Source of the DNA: Candidatus Omnitrophota bacterium | GTDB taxonomy: Bacteria; Omnitrophota; Gorgyraeia; Zapsychrales; Fredricksoniimonadaceae | Direction of reading: 5' to 3' | Assembly: GCA_015232565.1 (NCBI GenBank) | Contig: JADFZK010000003.1 | Location: forward strand, 540-64,539 | DNA length: 64,000 nt | Shown here: positions 62,201 through 64,000 of the stretch, one piece after another | Layout of the letters: each line of letters begins with the position of its first letter | Numbering within the stretch: position 1 is the first letter of the stretch | Translations under genes and position numbers: made by a program | Notes under the pieces: model-generated | What the model was told of the DNA's origin: nothing | What the model saw: the letters and a program-made list of their open reading frames with translations, nothing else | Databases searched by the model: none

Positions 62201-64000
62201 ATTACAAACGAAACACTGGCAAAACGAATGGCAATGTTTTTATCGGTAAGCGTGATTTCCTGCGAAGCACCATTAGCGCCCTGGACTATGATCTTAACCC
62301 CCATGGCCAGAAGCTGTTCTTTAAGCAAACTGGCAACATCGGCCTGAAGCTTAGCGGCAATACATTGTTCGGAAAGAGTGATGCTGATAGCGTAATTCTT
62401 TACCTCAACGCTCCGCACAGCCTCCGGAGGAGCATTGGGGCTGTGGGCGGCCAGAATAGCCTTTACAATAGCCGCCGGTGACTGGCGAGAACAAAGATCC
62501 TCTGCTTCCTCGATCTCTTTTAACAATGCCGCGGCTTCTGCCATCTGCACCGGGCTGGTAGTTGCCGCCCCCACCAACTCCTCTTCTTTCCCTTTAACTT
62601 TTTTCATATTTCTGCTCAACAAGTCAGCGCGTTCCTTGATGCCGGGCAGTGCTTTTACCAGCGTATCCCGCTTGCCGGTCTCCCGCAACTGTGCTTTCAC
62701 CGTCACGTTATGCCGCATAAGATACCAGATCGTTGCGGCGATCAAGACCAGGCCAAGAACACCCAGGCCCGCCATTCCCCAGATCATCACGCTATGCGTC
62801 AATAATCCGTGTAAAATATAGGTATTGTAAACCAGCGGTGAGATCACCAAAGACACCACCGTGATAGCGACCATCATCCGGCGTACCACGCTCATCGTAT
62901 AATCCAGCGCCGGATTGCTAACCAGATCCCAAAGGCTCAAACGCCAGACCGCCGTCAGCAAGATCGCGGCCGCCGCCACATGCAACAACAAACCTCCCGG
63001 GATCAGCGCGGTCAGCAGGAATGGCACATAGAAAACCAGGAGGCCAGTCAGGGCAGTTGTGGCATACGCCACGGCGCGTTGATTAACAGAATAATTCGAA
63101 TGCCCCCGGTGGGTAGCTATCAGAAAGCTCACGCTAAAGATCGCGAAAATGGCCATAACCGCAAACCCGGCGAAGATACCGCCCGAGAATAACGAATGGC
63201 CTTTAACGGCAAAGGCTGTAAAGAAAAGCCCCAGCATAGCCGCCGCCGCTTTAATGTAGAATACACCCGACGAACAAGGCAGAAGGTCCTTACTGCCATA
63301 AGTATCAAATATCCGCCGGGTAGATTTATTCTTTTCAATAACACCTTGCAGCGCTTTATATATGTCTACTCTGAGGTCTTTTGTCAGTGCCGCTTCCGCA
63401 TCCGTCGGATCGATTTGCACGCGGATCGTATCCGCATTGATCTTTTCAACAAATTGATTTTTCCCGTCAGAAAGCACCTTAAAGATCATACCCAAATTTT
63501 GCCCGGCCGATTCCAGCTGTTGTCGCGAAATAATGCCCTTCTTTAGCACGTCCTTTTCATCTTTCGCTTCAATAATGTCCTTCACCACTTTATATAATTC
63601 GCTCCCCAGGGCTGTTGCTATTGCGTCCTTGCGCTTTGCTAACCTTGCATTCATATCATCTTTTGACAATCCAAGGCCACTGAGGATCGGCAGATCAGTG
63701 CGCACGCGGATCGTATCCGCATCGACCTCCTCACCAAAGTTTTTGGTCCCGTTGGTAAGCGCCTTAAAGACCACGTCCCAGTTCTGCCCGGCCGCTTCCA
63801 CATCGACTCGGGTAATAACCTTCTCCGCCACAAAAATATTACGGAAAGTCTCCAGGCCCGGACCCTTAAAGTTTGCCAGGAAGAATGAATTATAAAAATC
63901 AGCCAGCATAACCCCCAGGATGTTCACCGGGATCTGGAAGCCGGCAAAAACCAGGACGCGGTTAAAGAAGTCGCGAATATTAATGAAGTTGCCAACCGCC
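59250..64000 (-). CDS. Large multidomain membrane protein, 5' end beyond the window: N-terminal ~100-aa repeats, polytopic TM block, HEXXH motif (LLHELKH, about 61240), HxGH nucleotidyltransferase-like motif (ITANPPHYGH, about 60745), uridine-kinase-like P-loop (LDGASGSGKTTLL, about 59960)
   Basis: All three motifs verified by back-translation of the indicated lines; the frame is open to position 64000. Confidence 0.4.

Larger units (their letters stand above)
3307..63927 (-). other. Anomalous stop-free reading frame, 60.6 kb to the window edge (the '20,206-aa ORF'); judged not a single genuine CDS
   Basis: The frame in register with 3307 has no TTA, CTA or TCA on the plus strand anywhere. 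It passes antisense through recognisable plus-strand genes (3108-3955, 6247-6823, 19045-19633, 31270-32256, 49171-49632) and through hairpin repeats. It joins many unrelated complete domains. Confidence 0.9.

Noticed and set aside
3307-63927. Annotating the 20,206-aa ORF as a single giant protein, like the Omnitrophota giant genes or Chlorobium adhesins
   Set aside because: Its translation alternates between complete, unrelated, well-formed proteins and obvious antisense junk. The junk lies opposite clearly recognisable plus-strand TA genes that have proper stops in their own frames. It also spans hairpin elements that look intergenic. Known giant proteins are repetitive adhesin or NRPS-like proteins, not concatenations of sigma factors, kinases and proteases.
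1-64000. rRNA, tRNA or other structured RNA genes
   Set aside because: No cloverleaf-like or rRNA-like conserved segments recognised by eye. This cannot be excluded without a covariance-model scan (tRNAscan-SE or Infernal).

Overview
This 64-kb, roughly 55% GC window is bacterial accessory DNA with no rRNA, tRNA or CRISPR detected. The dominant feature is a single minus-strand reading frame with no stop codon from 3307 to the window edge at 64000, which the ORF track translates as one 20,206-aa protein. I conclude it is not one genuine gene. It reads antisense through at least eight recognisable plus-strand toxin-antitoxin genes: DUF433/DUF5615, HicB/HicA, two PIN toxins with small antitoxins, MazF/PemK with a DUF104-like antitoxin, and HicB-like. 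It also crosses hairpin repeat elements that look intergenic. It concatenates many complete, unrelated protein units in one frame: two sigma-70 factors, two uridine-kinase-like P-loop domains, an adenosine-deaminase-like domain, an HxGH nucleotidyltransferase motif, an HD motif, two HEXXH motifs, an M50 protease preceded by three receiver-like domains, two PEP-utilising (PPDK_N-like) domains, two alpha/beta-hydrolase copies, Tat-signal proteins and a histidine phosphatase. Without stop codons, gene boundaries inside this frame cannot be set, so I annotate the real units as approximate segments anchored on start codons and motifs I translated by hand. The total absence of in-frame stops over 60 kb, including antisense stretches, is the largest anomaly; it points to stop-codon depletion, artificial or otherwise unexplained, rather than a giant protein. 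The first 3.3 kb is ordinary: a VapBC pair, a lipoprotein and decayed toxin-antitoxin remnants. Separate findings cover a conserved 125-aa C-terminal module shared by three unrelated proteins including a sigma factor, toxin-antitoxin cassettes that each sit beside a duplicated 5' gene fragment, a duplicated 3-4 kb gene module, and a cluster of nucleotide-metabolism enzymes that could be a novel defence or signalling island.
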